A program made the position numbers and the translations under genes. This document shows positions 18,992-29,025 of a DNA stretch of 64,000 nt, one piece after another. Position 1 is the first letter of the stretch. Each line of letters begins with the position of its first letter. This DNA comes from an uncultured Candidatus Saccharibacteria bacterium (GTDB lineage Bacteria > Patescibacteriota > Dojkabacteria > SC72), in NCBI GenBank assembly GCA_964610125.1, contig CAZSUV010000001.1, positions 45,599-109,598 of the forward strand. Reading direction: 5' to 3'. The notes under the pieces are model-generated. The model worked only from the letters and a program-made list of their open reading frames with translations. It ran no database searches and had not been told where the DNA came from.

Positions 18992-19363
18992 TCAATCTGA
19001 AATACAAACTTTAAAATCCTTGAATTCAACGATCTCTAGTTTCTTTGGTTCTTCTTCCCATTCACATATTTCAAATGGAATATTGTTATACATTCCTTGA
19101 AACTCTAAATATTTATCTTCCCATTTATGTATATCAGATATTTTGTATTCATTTAACAAACTAAATGCCTTCGTTATATCTTCTTTTGAAACAAATAAAT
19201 CAATGTCATAGGGATATACATCTTCACCAAGTATGTAATGTAAGCCAGAGGCAGATAGGCAGTAGAGGATATTATTCTTACTAAGTTCTTGTGTTAGATA
19301 TCTAAGAGCTTTCTCCCATTTCCCAATATTTTGTTTGTTTATTTCGTAATATTCTTTATCCAT
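18992..19363 (-). CDS. small nucleotidyltransferase-fold protein
   Basis: LSASGLHYILGEDVYPYDIDLFV resembles the minimal NTase hGS...DxD motif. Overlaps the IMPase gene by 25 nt. Confidence 0.35.
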   Translation of the reverse strand: MDKEYYEINKQNIGKWEKALRYLTQELSKNNILYCLSASGLHYILGEDVYPYDIDLFVSKEDITKAFSLLNEYKISDIHKWEDKYLEFQGMYNNIPFEICEWEEEPKKLEIVEFKDFKVCISD

Positions 19364-20130
19364 GGTAACTTCTTAATTCTTTCTATACTATCAGAAGCTA
19401 TAAATCCATTATCAAGCTCTGTCTTTGAATAATCAATATCTTTGCCATAATAATCAGTCATCACACCACCAAGAGTAGAAAGTATTGCATCCCCAGCACA
19501 TACATCCCATGGTCCCCAAGCTCCAAAGTTGCTATTTATTTGTAAATTAATACCACCTTCAATAATATGTATTCTTGGATCCTTAAACTCTTCCCCTAAA
19601 TCATTCCCATGTACTAGTGTATATTCAGGATCATCATTAAATAGCTCTTTGAAAACATTCTCCCAATTCTCCGAAGGAGTGAATAGAAGATTTTGTTTTT
19701 TAGTAGAGGACATTACTAAATTAGATTCCCCATTTGATGTGATTACTCTTGGGATTTCATTCTCACCACCGATATACAGTTTGTCATATAACGGATGATA
19801 TATTAACCCTAAGATTGGTTTGTTTTTTCTTGTTAATCCAACAAGTATATTGAAGTAATCACTTCCTCTTAAATATGATCCTGTCCCATTTAATGGGTCT
19901 ATGTACCATGTATATTCTTTACATTCTTTTTCCAATTCTTCAGACATGATCCCATATGTTGGATACTTTTCTTTCAGATAGCTTTGTAAGATATCATTTG
20001 CTTCCTTATCTACATTAGTTACCTTGCTACCATCTTCTTTTGTTTCAATTACAAGGTCAGAAGAATTTCTGTATTTAAGAAGAATATCGCCACATTTCTT
20101 AATTACTGTTATTAGTTCTAGAATATCCAT
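19339..20130 (-). CDS. inositol monophosphatase family protein
   Basis: WYIDPLNGTGSY (DPxDGT motif) and WDVCAGDAIL (WDxAAG). Confidence 0.75.
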   Translation of the reverse strand: MDILELITVIKKCGDILLKYRNSSDLVIETKEDGSKVTNVDKEANDILQSYLKEKYPTYGIMSEELEKECKEYTWYIDPLNGTGSYLRGSDYFNILVGLTRKNKPILGLIYHPLYDKLYIGGENEIPRVITSNGESNLVMSSTKKQNLLFTPSENWENVFKELFNDDPEYTLVHGNDLGEEFKDPRIHIIEGGINLQINSNFGAWGPWDVCAGDAILSTLGGVMTDYYGKDIDYSKTELDNGFIASDSIERIKKLPWIKNITK

Positions 20131-20178
20131 AACTAAAGTATATCATTTAAGATTTAGATAGAAGTCAAATCAGTTGTT

Positions 20179-21039
20179 CTAGATATAGAAATAACTTACT
20201 CCAATTACTCCAACCATAATCAATCCTAACCCAATAATTTCAATCAAACGAGGTTTTTCTTTTAACCATAAAATAGCAAGTATAATCATAATCCCAGGAT
20301 ATGCAGCAGTAAGTGGGGAAGCAATGGAGGCATAAGTATTCTCAAAGGCTAACCAAAGACCAACTAATCCAAGCACATTTAAGAGTGATCCCATAATTGC
20401 ATATTTATATTTCCCAATATTCTTAGCAAATTTAAAAATATGTTGAGGAGTTTCTTTCTCAAGCCTTAGATATATCAAACTAATAGGTATTTGCATTAAA
20501 GCAAGTGAGAAAAGAAATGCTGCTGCAGAAGTCTTATCTATTACGCCCTTTGATATAGTATCTGATAATCCTACAGCTAAAGCTCCGGCAATTGCCCAGA
20601 GAATATACTTTTTACTTTTCAATTCTTCTTTTGTAATTTTCTTTGGTAGAGATGCAATCGTTGTTCCAATAATTGTTATAAAAATAAATATCCAATGTAA
20701 TAGTTGTAATCGTTCTCCAAGTAATATCACTGCGAAGAGAATTGTATATACAGGATATGAAGCAAAGATTGTTCCGGTAATACTCAGTTCTCCCTTTGAG
20801 AGAATATAGAAGATAAATGCTTCTGAGAGAATTGCACTGATTAAAGCATATGGCAAAACTTGAAGTATATCGGAAAAATCAAAGCCAATAATTAATGAGA
20901 AAGGAATCCAGATTAATAACCCAAATATCATATCAAAGAAAAATCCGACAGAAGGAGGGAATTCTTTGAAGCTTTTTTTAAGACTTGTGAAGCCTAATGC
21001 AAAAAAGACTGAAGATAGAAGTGCATATACTATTCCCAT
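20179..21039 (-). CDS. EamA/DMT-family transporter
   Basis: ~10 predicted TM helices in a two-half repeat arrangement; 286 aa. Confidence 0.55.
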   Translation of the reverse strand: MGIVYALLSSVFFALGFTSLKKSFKEFPPSVGFFFDMIFGLLIWIPFSLIIGFDFSDILQVLPYALISAILSEAFIFYILSKGELSITGTIFASYPVYTILFAVILLGERLQLLHWIFIFITIIGTTIASLPKKITKEELKSKKYILWAIAGALAVGLSDTISKGVIDKTSAAAFLFSLALMQIPISLIYLRLEKETPQHIFKFAKNIGKYKYAIMGSLLNVLGLVGLWLAFENTYASIASPLTAAYPGIMIILAILWLKEKPRLIEIIGLGLIMVGVIGVSYFYI

Positions 21040-21064
21040 GAAGCTAATTATATCAAAATATTTA

Positions 21065-22102
21065 TTAAATAGAATTCAAATCAATCAACTGTGCATGTTT
21101 CAATATCTCCTTAGGTAATTCATCCTTATTAATAATGGTTATAAACGTCTGTTGCTTCTTAATATTCTCCTCCCCAAATATCTTATGCGTATTCTTAGGA
21201 TCCAACTCTGAAGCAATATCATCTAACAAAAGAATAGGGTAGAACCCAAGCTCCTTGTTTAAAACATCTTGAACTCTAAATATCAAATTCCCAATAGCCA
21301 ACCTCTTCTCACCCCTAGAACCATACTTCTTAATATTCTTCTCAACAATAATCTCCCAATCATCCCTCTGAGGACCAATATTAGAACAACCAGTAACAAT
21401 ATCCCTCTTCTTAGCATCCTCAATACATTCCTCTAAATCCTTGTCATTAGATTTAATATATTCCAAAGCAAACCCATCTGAAGAAAGTTCATCAACCAAT
21501 TCCAATCTCTTAGTTTGAATAATCTTAGCAAGATTAACAAACTCATTAGTCCAGAAATTAAGTTGAGTATCATTACGCGCGATAATACCCTGTTCATAGA
21601 ACTTCTTAGCTAACTTCTTAAGATATGCATTCCTCTGTCTTAAAACCTTCCTAAATTGAGCCAAAGTATCATTGTATTCATAGTCGATTTGGGAAATAAC
21701 CTCATCAAGAAAATCTCTCCTTCTAGATGGAGAAATCATTAAAATCTCAATCTGTTCAGGATTAAATATCGTAGAAGCATTACTCTGAAAAAACTTCTTA
21801 GGCGTAGTATTCTGGTTATCTATCTTACAAACCCTACGGCTATGATCTTTGAAAAACGCAAACAGATGCTCATCAGTAGCAATCTCAACCCTAGCAAATT
21901 TATCCTCCTCATTTTGAGTATTGTTAACAAACTCATCTGATACGGCCCATGGAGATTTGCCGTTAGTAAGAAGATATATAGCTTCAAGAATAGTACTTTT
22001 CCCTTGCGCATTATTTCCATACAACACAACAATATCCTTCTCAATATCAATCTGAACATCTTCAAACCTTCTGAAATTTGTTAACTTAATGCTTTTAATC
22101 AT
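21065..22102 (-). CDS. recF: DNA replication and repair protein RecF
   Basis: N-terminus IKSIKLTNFRRF...LYGNNAQGKSTILEAIYLL, signature GSRGEKRLA, Walker B LLLDDIASELD. Confidence 0.8.
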   Translation of the reverse strand: MIKSIKLTNFRRFEDVQIDIEKDIVVLYGNNAQGKSTILEAIYLLTNGKSPWAVSDEFVNNTQNEEDKFARVEIATDEHLFAFFKDHSRRVCKIDNQNTTPKKFFQSNASTIFNPEQIEILMISPSRRRDFLDEVISQIDYEYNDTLAQFRKVLRQRNAYLKKLAKKFYEQGIIARNDTQLNFWTNEFVNLAKIIQTKRLELVDELSSDGFALEYIKSNDKDLEECIEDAKKRDIVTGCSNIGPQRDDWEIIVEKNIKKYGSRGEKRLAIGNLIFRVQDVLNKELGFYPILLLDDIASELDPKNTHKIFGEENIKKQQTFITIINKDELPKEILKHAQLIDLNSI

Positions 22103-23913
22103 TATGTTTTCAATATAGCTAAGAATGCTTCTTGAGGAATGTTTACCTTTCCAATCATTTTTAGTCTAGCTTTACCCTTTTTCTGTTTTTTAAGAAGTTT
22201 TAATTTTCTTGAATAGTCACCACCATATAGTTTGGAGGTAACGTCTTTTCTAAATGCACTAATATCTTCTCTAGCTATGACCTTGGAGTTAATAGCTGCT
22301 TGTAATGGGATTGGGAACTGTTGTCTTGGTATAGCTTTCTTCATCTCTTCAAGTAGCTTTGCAGCTTTGTCTCTAGCATAGTCTCTTACTTCTAAGAAAC
22401 TTAATGCTGGTACTTCCTCATACTTTACCAATACTGATACTTTAACAATATCTGCAGGGAAGAAATCTATGAATTCATATTCCATTGATGCATATCCACT
22501 TGAGATATTCTTCATCTGATCGAAGAAGTTTGAGATCAAAGAGGCTAGGGGAATGTCATATTCAAGAATGATATATTGATCTCGCATCTGCATATCACTC
22601 TGACTATGTGTTAGATATTTGGTATTTACATATTCACCCCTTCTAAACTGGCAAAGTTTCATTAAGTCTCCCATATATTGTGATGGGGTTAATAGCTCGA
22701 TTCTTACCCATGGTTCTCTAATCTCCTTTACCAATGATGTATCCGGCATCTCCTGTGGTGTCTGTATCTTCAATTCTTCTCCTGTATTAGTGGTGACCTC
22801 GTACTCGACTGTAGGGGCGGTAATTATGAGGTTGACATCATATTCCCTTTCTAATCTTTCTTGAATTATATCCATATGTAGGAGCCCCAAGAAGCCACAT
22901 CTAAACCCTGATCCAAGTAAGTTAGATCTCTGATCTGAGAATGTTAATGAAGCATCATTTAAAGCTAATTTACTTAATCCTGTTTTAAGGTTGTCGTAGT
23001 CCTCAGAATCAATGGGGAAGAAGGTTGCAAAGATATTTGGCTTTGGAGCTTTGTATCCATCTAGAGGAATAGTATCTGGATCATCTGAGATGGTATCTCC
23101 AACTGTAAAGTAACTGATATCTTTCAAACCTGTAGCAATATATCCTACTTCTCCAACATTAAGTTCTCCAGTTTCTTCCAAATCTGGGGTAAACAATCCA
23201 ACCTCTGTAGGTTTAAATTTCTCTTTTCTTTGTAATATGTGTAATGGAGTAGGTTTCCCATGTACATGTTTAACATGTCCATCGAAGATTCTTACTGCGA
23301 CAACTACACCTCTATGCTCATCGTAGAAGGAATCAAAGATTAATGCTTTAAGTGGAGCTGCGTTAGTTCCTTTTGGATTTGGTACTCTTTCGACAATCGC
23401 ATTTAGGAGTTTGTCTACATTTTCACCAGTTTTTCCAGATACTTTAATGATTTCATCTCTTGAGAATCCTAAAAGATCTTCAATTTCCTTTTCTCTTTCT
23501 TCAACTTTTACTCCAGGTAAATCAATCTTGTTTAATACAGGGATTAATTTCAAGCCTAAATCTAAAGCCTTTTTAGTATTGGAAAGTGTCTGTGCTTGTA
23601 TACCTTGGCTTGCATCTACGAGTAGGATTGCGGCCTCACATGCGGCTAATGATCTGGATACCTCATAGGAGAAATCTACATGTCCTGGGGTATCAATTAA
23701 GTTAAGCTTGTAACCTTTCCAATGCATTGTACAGGCTTGTAATTTGATGGTTATACCTTTCTCTTGTTCTAGATCCAATCTATCAAGAACTCTGTCCTTA
23801 TTTTTCTCATGGGATACATCGGTATGTGTAGCTTCTATCATCCTATCTGCTAAGGTAGACTTCCCATGATCTATATGGGCAATTATTGAAAAGTTACGAA
23901 TTTTTTCTAACAT
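22102..23913 (-). CDS. lepA: elongation factor 4 (LepA)
   Basis: NFSIIAHIDHGKSTLADR, DTPGHVDF, LepA-specific C-terminus GKVNIPQEAFLAILK. Confidence 0.9.
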   Translation of the reverse strand: MLEKIRNFSIIAHIDHGKSTLADRMIEATHTDVSHEKNKDRVLDRLDLEQEKGITIKLQACTMHWKGYKLNLIDTPGHVDFSYEVSRSLAACEAAILLVDASQGIQAQTLSNTKKALDLGLKLIPVLNKIDLPGVKVEEREKEIEDLLGFSRDEIIKVSGKTGENVDKLLNAIVERVPNPKGTNAAPLKALIFDSFYDEHRGVVVAVRIFDGHVKHVHGKPTPLHILQRKEKFKPTEVGLFTPDLEETGELNVGEVGYIATGLKDISYFTVGDTISDDPDTIPLDGYKAPKPNIFATFFPIDSEDYDNLKTGLSKLALNDASLTFSDQRSNLLGSGFRCGFLGLLHMDIIQERLEREYDVNLIITAPTVEYEVTTNTGEELKIQTPQEMPDTSLVKEIREPWVRIELLTPSQYMGDLMKLCQFRRGEYVNTKYLTHSQSDMQMRDQYIILEYDIPLASLISNFFDQMKNISSGYASMEYEFIDFFPADIVKVSVLVKYEEVPALSFLEVRDYARDKAAKLLEEMKKAIPRQQFPIPLQAAINSKVIAREDISAFRKDVTSKLYGGDYSRKLKLLKKQKKGKARLKMIGKVNIPQEAFLAILKT

Positions 23914-23952
23914 AGGTGAATTATATATGATTACAAGGGATTTTAGTAGGTA

Positions 23953-24528
23953 CTAAAGGTTTTCAACAACCTTTATCTGCATATCAAACTGAGTAGAGAA
24001 GTTTATACCATTCTGATTCTCTACAGAAAGAAATACTACAACTTTTGAAGATGGGTCTACAGAGATTTCTTGAATATATGTTTGACCTTTGTCATCCTGT
24101 AATTTCTTTGCAGTATTATCATCGTCAGTTCTTAAATATATGTTTGATTGAGTCTGGTTTGCGGTTTGACCGTAGAATGAAATCTTTTGTGCCTTGTCCG
24201 TATTGTTTTTTATCTCTACAATTGGTTTAGAATAGCTGTCTGCATTTCTTCCTGCAACTAAAGTAGAGTAATCGTATGATGTGTCTGAAATTTTGTTTAA
24301 ATGTTCTTCAGTGAGGATTGGATGTTTACCACCAACTAAGGTTATTGATACTGAGGATTGAGTGTTTGCTCCCAAAACATTTAGATCTTTTAGTTTCTTT
24401 GTGATTGGGGAGAGATTCATAACGGTGATTGTAGGGATGATGAAAAGCAATGCTAATACCCCTAAAGCGATAGGTTCGATTACGAGAGAGAGAACTTTCT
24501 TAAATTTTTGGGCTTTTTGACTGGGCAT
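23953..24528 (-). CDS. hypothetical signal-anchored extracytoplasmic protein
   Basis: N-terminal TM helix LVIEPIALGVLALLFIIPTITV; no motif recognised. Confidence 0.4.
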   Translation of the reverse strand: MPSQKAQKFKKVLSLVIEPIALGVLALLFIIPTITVMNLSPITKKLKDLNVLGANTQSSVSITLVGGKHPILTEEHLNKISDTSYDYSTLVAGRNADSYSKPIVEIKNNTDKAQKISFYGQTANQTQSNIYLRTDDDNTAKKLQDDKGQTYIQEISVDPSSKVVVFLSVENQNGINFSTQFDMQIKVVENL

Positions 24529-24537
24529 TGCAGTAGA

Positions 24538-25086
24538 CTAATAGTATTTATGTTCTGTTGGATATATATTATCAGTTTCCGTTTCAAATGTCTTTATGGT
24601 GAACATGGATGCTATGAAAGCAAGGGAGCCAGCGATTATTCCAACCCATGGGTATGTACTACCTTGTAGTGTATGCGCAATGGATACTCCTGAGGCTACC
24701 CAGAGGAATGCACACCATATGAACATGGTCAAAAAGGAGGTATCTTTACTTGTTATCCATTTGAGCATATTGAATCGAGTCATCTTTACGATGGTTCGAG
24801 GGTTGTGTGCAATGGTGTGGTAAAGAGTAGTTTTGATTACGAAATATGCGAGGGGTAGGGCTACAAAAAGTACCATTACTAGGTTGGAAATTGAGTTTAC
24901 AAAGAGAGTAGTACTAGCATCGGAATAGTAGATCTGAACAGAAAAAAGACCATTAAGATCATTACTAATCTGGAAATTCAGATTGTATATAGCACTAGTG
25001 CAGAGAATACCAATAAACTTACCGGCAATTAAAAGAATTGCTGGTACTATTGATATTTTAAGCGCTCTTCTTAGCAGTTTGGACAT
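24538..25086 (-). CDS. hypothetical polytopic membrane protein
   Basis: 4-5 hydrophobic helices; no motif recognised. Confidence 0.4.
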   Translation of the reverse strand: MSKLLRRALKISIVPAILLIAGKFIGILCTSAIYNLNFQISNDLNGLFSVQIYYSDASTTLFVNSISNLVMVLFVALPLAYFVIKTTLYHTIAHNPRTIVKMTRFNMLKWITSKDTSFLTMFIWCAFLWVASGVSIAHTLQGSTYPWVGIIAGSLAFIASMFTIKTFETETDNIYPTEHKYY

Positions 25087-25354
25087 TATTTTGGGTCAGT
25101 TTGTTTAAATTTTTAGTAAGACGACCTTTTAATCGGTCTGCCTTATTATCCTTTATAACATTTTTCTTAGCTGCTTTGTCAAGAACTTTGTAAATATGCT
25201 TTAGAGTTGTCTTTGCCTCTTCTGGATTGTTCTCTGTAACAAGAGTCTTAAACTTTTTAATAGCTTTCTTTGTTCTGACTCTTAATCTGTCATTGTTGAT
25301 TTCTCTTCTCTTGTTTTTTCTTAGGTCTTTTATAGATGTTTTTAGATTTGGCAT
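25058..25354 (-). CDS. rpsT: 30S ribosomal protein S20
   Basis: 98 aa, highly basic. MPNLKTSIKDLRKNKRRE... and ...VLDKAAKKNVIKDNKADRLKGRL match the S20 pattern. Confidence 0.75.
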   Translation of the reverse strand: MPNLKTSIKDLRKNKRREINNDRLRVRTKKAIKKFKTLVTENNPEEAKTTLKHIYKVLDKAAKKNVIKDNKADRLKGRLTKNLNKLTQNNVQTAKKSA

Positions 25355-25449
25355 TGTATTTCTTTAATAATATAAACTGTCTAAAGTTAGCGTATTATAT
25401 ATATAATTCCTTTGTTTGTAAACATATTCTTTTGTGTTAAACTTGAAGT

Positions 25450-25881
25450 ATGGAAGGAAGCCGAAAAATCAAAATTATTGTTAGTTTTGTATTGGTTTTA
25501 ATTTTGGTTACAGTTGGAATTGTATTTTCGGTTATAAATAATAAAGCGAAACAAGGAAAGAATGACGTTGTAATGGGACAATCGGATATTTCTGGAGTCC
25601 CATATATTACAAGTGTTCCACCTTTAGTAGGATATATTGGTACTGAATATGTATATGATGTTAAATATTCGGATAGTGATAGTAAAGGCGAAGATGTAAA
25701 AGTGTCCTTAGAGAATGCACCTGCATGGTTAAGTGTAGAAGGATTGCATATATTTGGTACTCCTCCCGATGGAAGTGTGGGCCAATACAAATTTAATGTA
25801 AAAATATCTGATGGAGTTAATTCTTCCATTCAGGAAAACTATATTTTAGTACAAGAGAAACAGGAAAATGAAGAAGAGTAG
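25450..25881 (+). CDS. signal-anchored protein with putative Ig-like (He_PIG-type) domain
   Basis: TM helix IIVSFVLVLILVTVGIVFSVI; LENAPAWLSVEGLHIFGTPPDGSVGQYKFNVKISDG resembles the putative-Ig-domain consensus. Confidence 0.5.
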   Translation: MEGSRKIKIIVSFVLVLILVTVGIVFSVINNKAKQGKNDVVMGQSDISGVPYITSVPPLVGYIGTEYVYDVKYSDSDSKGEDVKVSLENAPAWLSVEGLHIFGTPPDGSVGQYKFNVKISDGVNSSIQENYILVQEKQENEEE

Positions 25882-26278
25882 GTTGTTCATAATTACAGGG
25901 TTCTTTGGTCTATTTCTAGTTGGAATTGCTACAACCTTAATCTTTGTTAAGAATACTTTTGGTTCTGATATCTTGGCTACTTCTAAAAAGGATTGTGTCC
26001 CTTACAATATTTTTGTAGCTAAAACAGATCAGGAATATACGGTTAAAATATCTTGGAGTACTAAAAAAGAGTGTATGGGATTTGTACAATATGGGGGGCA
26101 GAGAGAAACTTTGAATTCAATTGGTATTGATCAAAAGAATTCAGTTCAATCAAAGGAGCATGAAGTAATTTTGGAAAAGCTTTTGACTACACAAAAATAC
26201 TACTTTCTAGTAAATTCGGATAATACTGCATATGGATATAACGGCACAGCACTGGATTTCTTGCTAAAGGAACTTTAG
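25868..26278 (+). CDS. signal-anchored FN3-like domain protein (same family as N-termini of 50248 and 53689 proteins)
   Basis: TM helix LFIITGFFGLFLVGIATTLIF then YTVKISWSTKKECMGFVQYGG. Confidence 0.45.
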   Translation: MKKSRLFIITGFFGLFLVGIATTLIFVKNTFGSDILATSKKDCVPYNIFVAKTDQEYTVKISWSTKKECMGFVQYGGQRETLNSIGIDQKNSVQSKEHEVILEKLLTTQKYYFLVNSDNTAYGYNGTALDFLLKEL

Positions 26279-28039
26279 CTATCTTCTCTTTTCTGTCTTT
26301 CTAATGATGCTCTCTTCGAAATACTTCTTGGGTTTGAATAACTTCCATGTGCTTAATTCTGTTGATTTGTATGCATCTGAATCTACAAATTTTTCTACTA
26401 ATATTCTGCCTTTGGGTCTGCTGTAAATATACCAGCCTGTTGTGATGACTACGATTCCAAGTATTACCTTGAATATCACCGAATCAAATATTCCTGTACT
26501 TGGAGTATTTGGTGTTTCTTCTGATGCGTTTGGATCTTCACAATTTTGTGATACAGTGATGTTAACGGATGATCTTAATTGTGATGGATCGGTAGGTACT
26601 TCTTCTGGAGTTACGACCACCTCATTCTTGTTTGTTCCTGTCAGCGCACTTGCCCCTGCTTGAGCTTGAAGTAATACGGTTAATGATTGGTTGGCACTTA
26701 ATGTCCAACCTCCTGTTTTTGATATGGTAATTTGCTGTGAGCTTCCAACTGTTGCAGAGGTTACATAGCCTGAATCAGTTACTAAGACTCCGTTAATCTT
26801 TGTTGTTCCTGCTGCATATGTAAATCCCAGTGGTAGCTTATCTACAATGGAAGTAATTTTCTGAGAAGTTGTACTCTTGTTTGTGACATTGATTGTGTAT
26901 TGTACAGTATTTGAAGGTGCTACTCTTTCTACGCATGTAAGATTTGATGTGTTAGCTACAGTGAAGCTTGAAGCGACTACTGGAGTTCCACCATTATCAG
27001 GATCTTCATCTTGTGCATCTGGGAATGTGATATTACTGGTAGCGGAGCCAATGGATACGTTTGAAACGTAAACATCAGATTTAACAGCTAATGTCCCTGT
27101 ATGATTATCGAGTTGAGAGAAGCTCTTAGAATTTGAGAAATTTGTTGCACTGTAAAGATCTTGTTCTAAAATCTCTATGATTCCCGCAGTGGTATCTACT
27201 GTAAATCCTTTGGTCATTACTAATTCAGGATATGTATTTTCGAATGTGAAGCTAATTTTCATATTATCTGATGAGTTAAGATTTCCGGCAGAAATCTTAG
27301 CATTAGAAACTTTCATAGTAGTACCGTCTAATCGAGTTGTAAGTTGGAGATTACTGACACTTGATTCTCCTGCTTGGGTAACTTCAATCAGTCTTCTACA
27401 GATAGGGGAGTTGATTTGTTGATTGTCAGAAGTAGTGCCTGTTGCAACGATATTTATAGCGGTTGCAGTACTTAAATCTGCAATTGTTTTCTTTATACTT
27501 AATTTGTTAGGTGTAATGACATCTGGTTCTACCGTCTCGTTATTTATGACGAATTTGTAATCAGAATATTCTTTGTCAAAGACAGCTTCTATGGTTAGCT
27601 GATCAGTAGATGAAATTTCTCCAGTTACAATCTTCCCATTTTTGTCTGTAATGGTCATTGCATTACATCTTGAATCTGCGATGGTTTGTAACTGACAGAT
27701 TTGGTACAAATCTTGTTGAGTTGAGCTATTAAGATTATTTGTTGAAAGTTTGTTTGTTGCGCAGGCAGCTTTACATGTCTCAGTGCTAGTATTTGTGGCT
27801 ACTTCAAATTGGAAAGCTCGTCTTGGATCTCCACATTCTGTAGTTACGGCTGGATCTATGTAGTAACATCCACAGGTTACATTGTTAGTGGTATCAGTGT
27901 TGGTGTTTGTATCCTTGATTGTGTAGAAATATATTGCTACACCTATTAGTGCTAAGCCAAATATGCCTGTTATGACAAGAAGAACGGTTTGTAATTTCTT
28001 TGATTTTTTCTGTGTTGTTACTCTTATTCCTTCTTCCAT
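26279..28039 (-). CDS. large Ser/Thr/Asn-rich surface protein with N-terminal signal anchor and C-terminal PSTG plus TM segment
   Basis: N-terminal TM LLVITGIFGLALIGVAIYFY. C-terminal ...TPNTPSTGIFDSVIFKVILGIVVITTGWYIY then a basic stretch; 586 aa. Confidence 0.55.
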   Translation of the reverse strand: MEEGIRVTTQKKSKKLQTVLLVITGIFGLALIGVAIYFYTIKDTNTNTDTTNNVTCGCYYIDPAVTTECGDPRRAFQFEVATNTSTETCKAACATNKLSTNNLNSSTQQDLYQICQLQTIADSRCNAMTITDKNGKIVTGEISSTDQLTIEAVFDKEYSDYKFVINNETVEPDVITPNKLSIKKTIADLSTATAINIVATGTTSDNQQINSPICRRLIEVTQAGESSVSNLQLTTRLDGTTMKVSNAKISAGNLNSSDNMKISFTFENTYPELVMTKGFTVDTTAGIIEILEQDLYSATNFSNSKSFSQLDNHTGTLAVKSDVYVSNVSIGSATSNITFPDAQDEDPDNGGTPVVASSFTVANTSNLTCVERVAPSNTVQYTINVTNKSTTSQKITSIVDKLPLGFTYAAGTTKINGVLVTDSGYVTSATVGSSQQITISKTGGWTLSANQSLTVLLQAQAGASALTGTNKNEVVVTPEEVPTDPSQLRSSVNITVSQNCEDPNASEETPNTPSTGIFDSVIFKVILGIVVITTGWYIYSRPKGRILVEKFVDSDAYKSTELSTWKLFKPKKYFEESIIRKTEKRR

Positions 28040-28112
28040 TAGGGCAGGTATAGATTTGAATATTCTCTATTCAGTTTAAGTTAATAACTATGTGGTGTCA
28101 ATGTGATTTTAA

Positions 28113-29021
28113 CTAGAGGTATGGGCATATGAGGGTCAATCCTAAATGTCCATCGATCTTTCCGGTTTTAATTTGTAGATCAAGATTGGAAAGCTTACGG
28201 TATATCTGGATTAACTGTTTGTTTTCGTAGTTTTTAGAAGTATCCAAGATTGAGGGGAGGGTAAATGGTGGAATTCTTAAAATTGAGCATATTTCTTTGA
28301 ATGATTTCTTCTGATCATTTAAATGTTTAACAAGAGTCAAAATTCTTAAATTTCTAGCTAACATGGAGAGGATATAGTTGGGATCATTATTTTGTTTGTA
28401 CAAATTTTCCAATATTTCCATACTTCTAGCCTTGTCCTTTATATTTATGGCATCTATCAATGCCCAAATATCTTTTTCTAATGTATCTGCTATGTATGTC
28501 GTATCATTTTCTGGATCAAGTTTTAATTTTTGAATCTCATTTACACATCTTTCAGGATCATAGTTAGTTCTTTCTGCGAGTAATCTTTGGACTGTAGGAT
28601 CAAGTTGTAATCCATTGCTCTCTAATTCTTCTTTCAACCATGCCCCAAACGAGCGTTTGTTCATTTCATCATATTGCTCGAAGGCATTATTTTCCTTAAA
28701 GAATTTGAAGTATCTTGTGTTTACTCTGACTTTTTCATCTTCCCAAAAGAAGATTGTATCTGTACCTGTATTTTTTTTGAGTAAGGTTAAGATACTTTCA
28801 ATGAGTTTGTCCTTATCTTTATTCTTGTACAATCGTTTGATTATGATTCCTCTTTTGGAAACGAAGAGATTTTGACTTCCAAGTTTGTCAAAGATTGTTT
28901 GCGCATCTTGTGTTTCAGCATTAATTATCTGAAATTGTATATCAGTGAATTGAGAGGTCTCTTGTTTTAAAGCCCTTAAGGACAGATATGGCGATGAGCC
29001 ATGGTATAGTTTGAATATCAC
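28113..29021 (-). CDS. holA: DNA polymerase III delta subunit-like
   Basis: ~300 aa, N-terminus MIFKLYHG..., helical C-terminal domain. Weak family-level resemblance only. Confidence 0.45.
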   Translation of the reverse strand: MIFKLYHGSSPYLSLRALKQETSQFTDIQFQIINAETQDAQTIFDKLGSQNLFVSKRGIIIKRLYKNKDKDKLIESILTLLKKNTGTDTIFFWEDEKVRVNTRYFKFFKENNAFEQYDEMNKRSFGAWLKEELESNGLQLDPTVQRLLAERTNYDPERCVNEIQKLKLDPENDTTYIADTLEKDIWALIDAINIKDKARSMEILENLYKQNNDPNYILSMLARNLRILTLVKHLNDQKKSFKEICSILRIPPFTLPSILDTSKNYENKQLIQIYRKLSNLDLQIKTGKIDGHLGLTLICPYL

Positions 29022-29025
29022 TTTT

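Noticed and set aside
25437-25829. 130-aa minus-strand ORF overlapping the 25450-25881 plus-strand ORF
   Set aside because: The plus-strand product has a signal anchor and a recognisable Ig-like motif. The minus ORF has neither and would collide with the rpsT promoter region.
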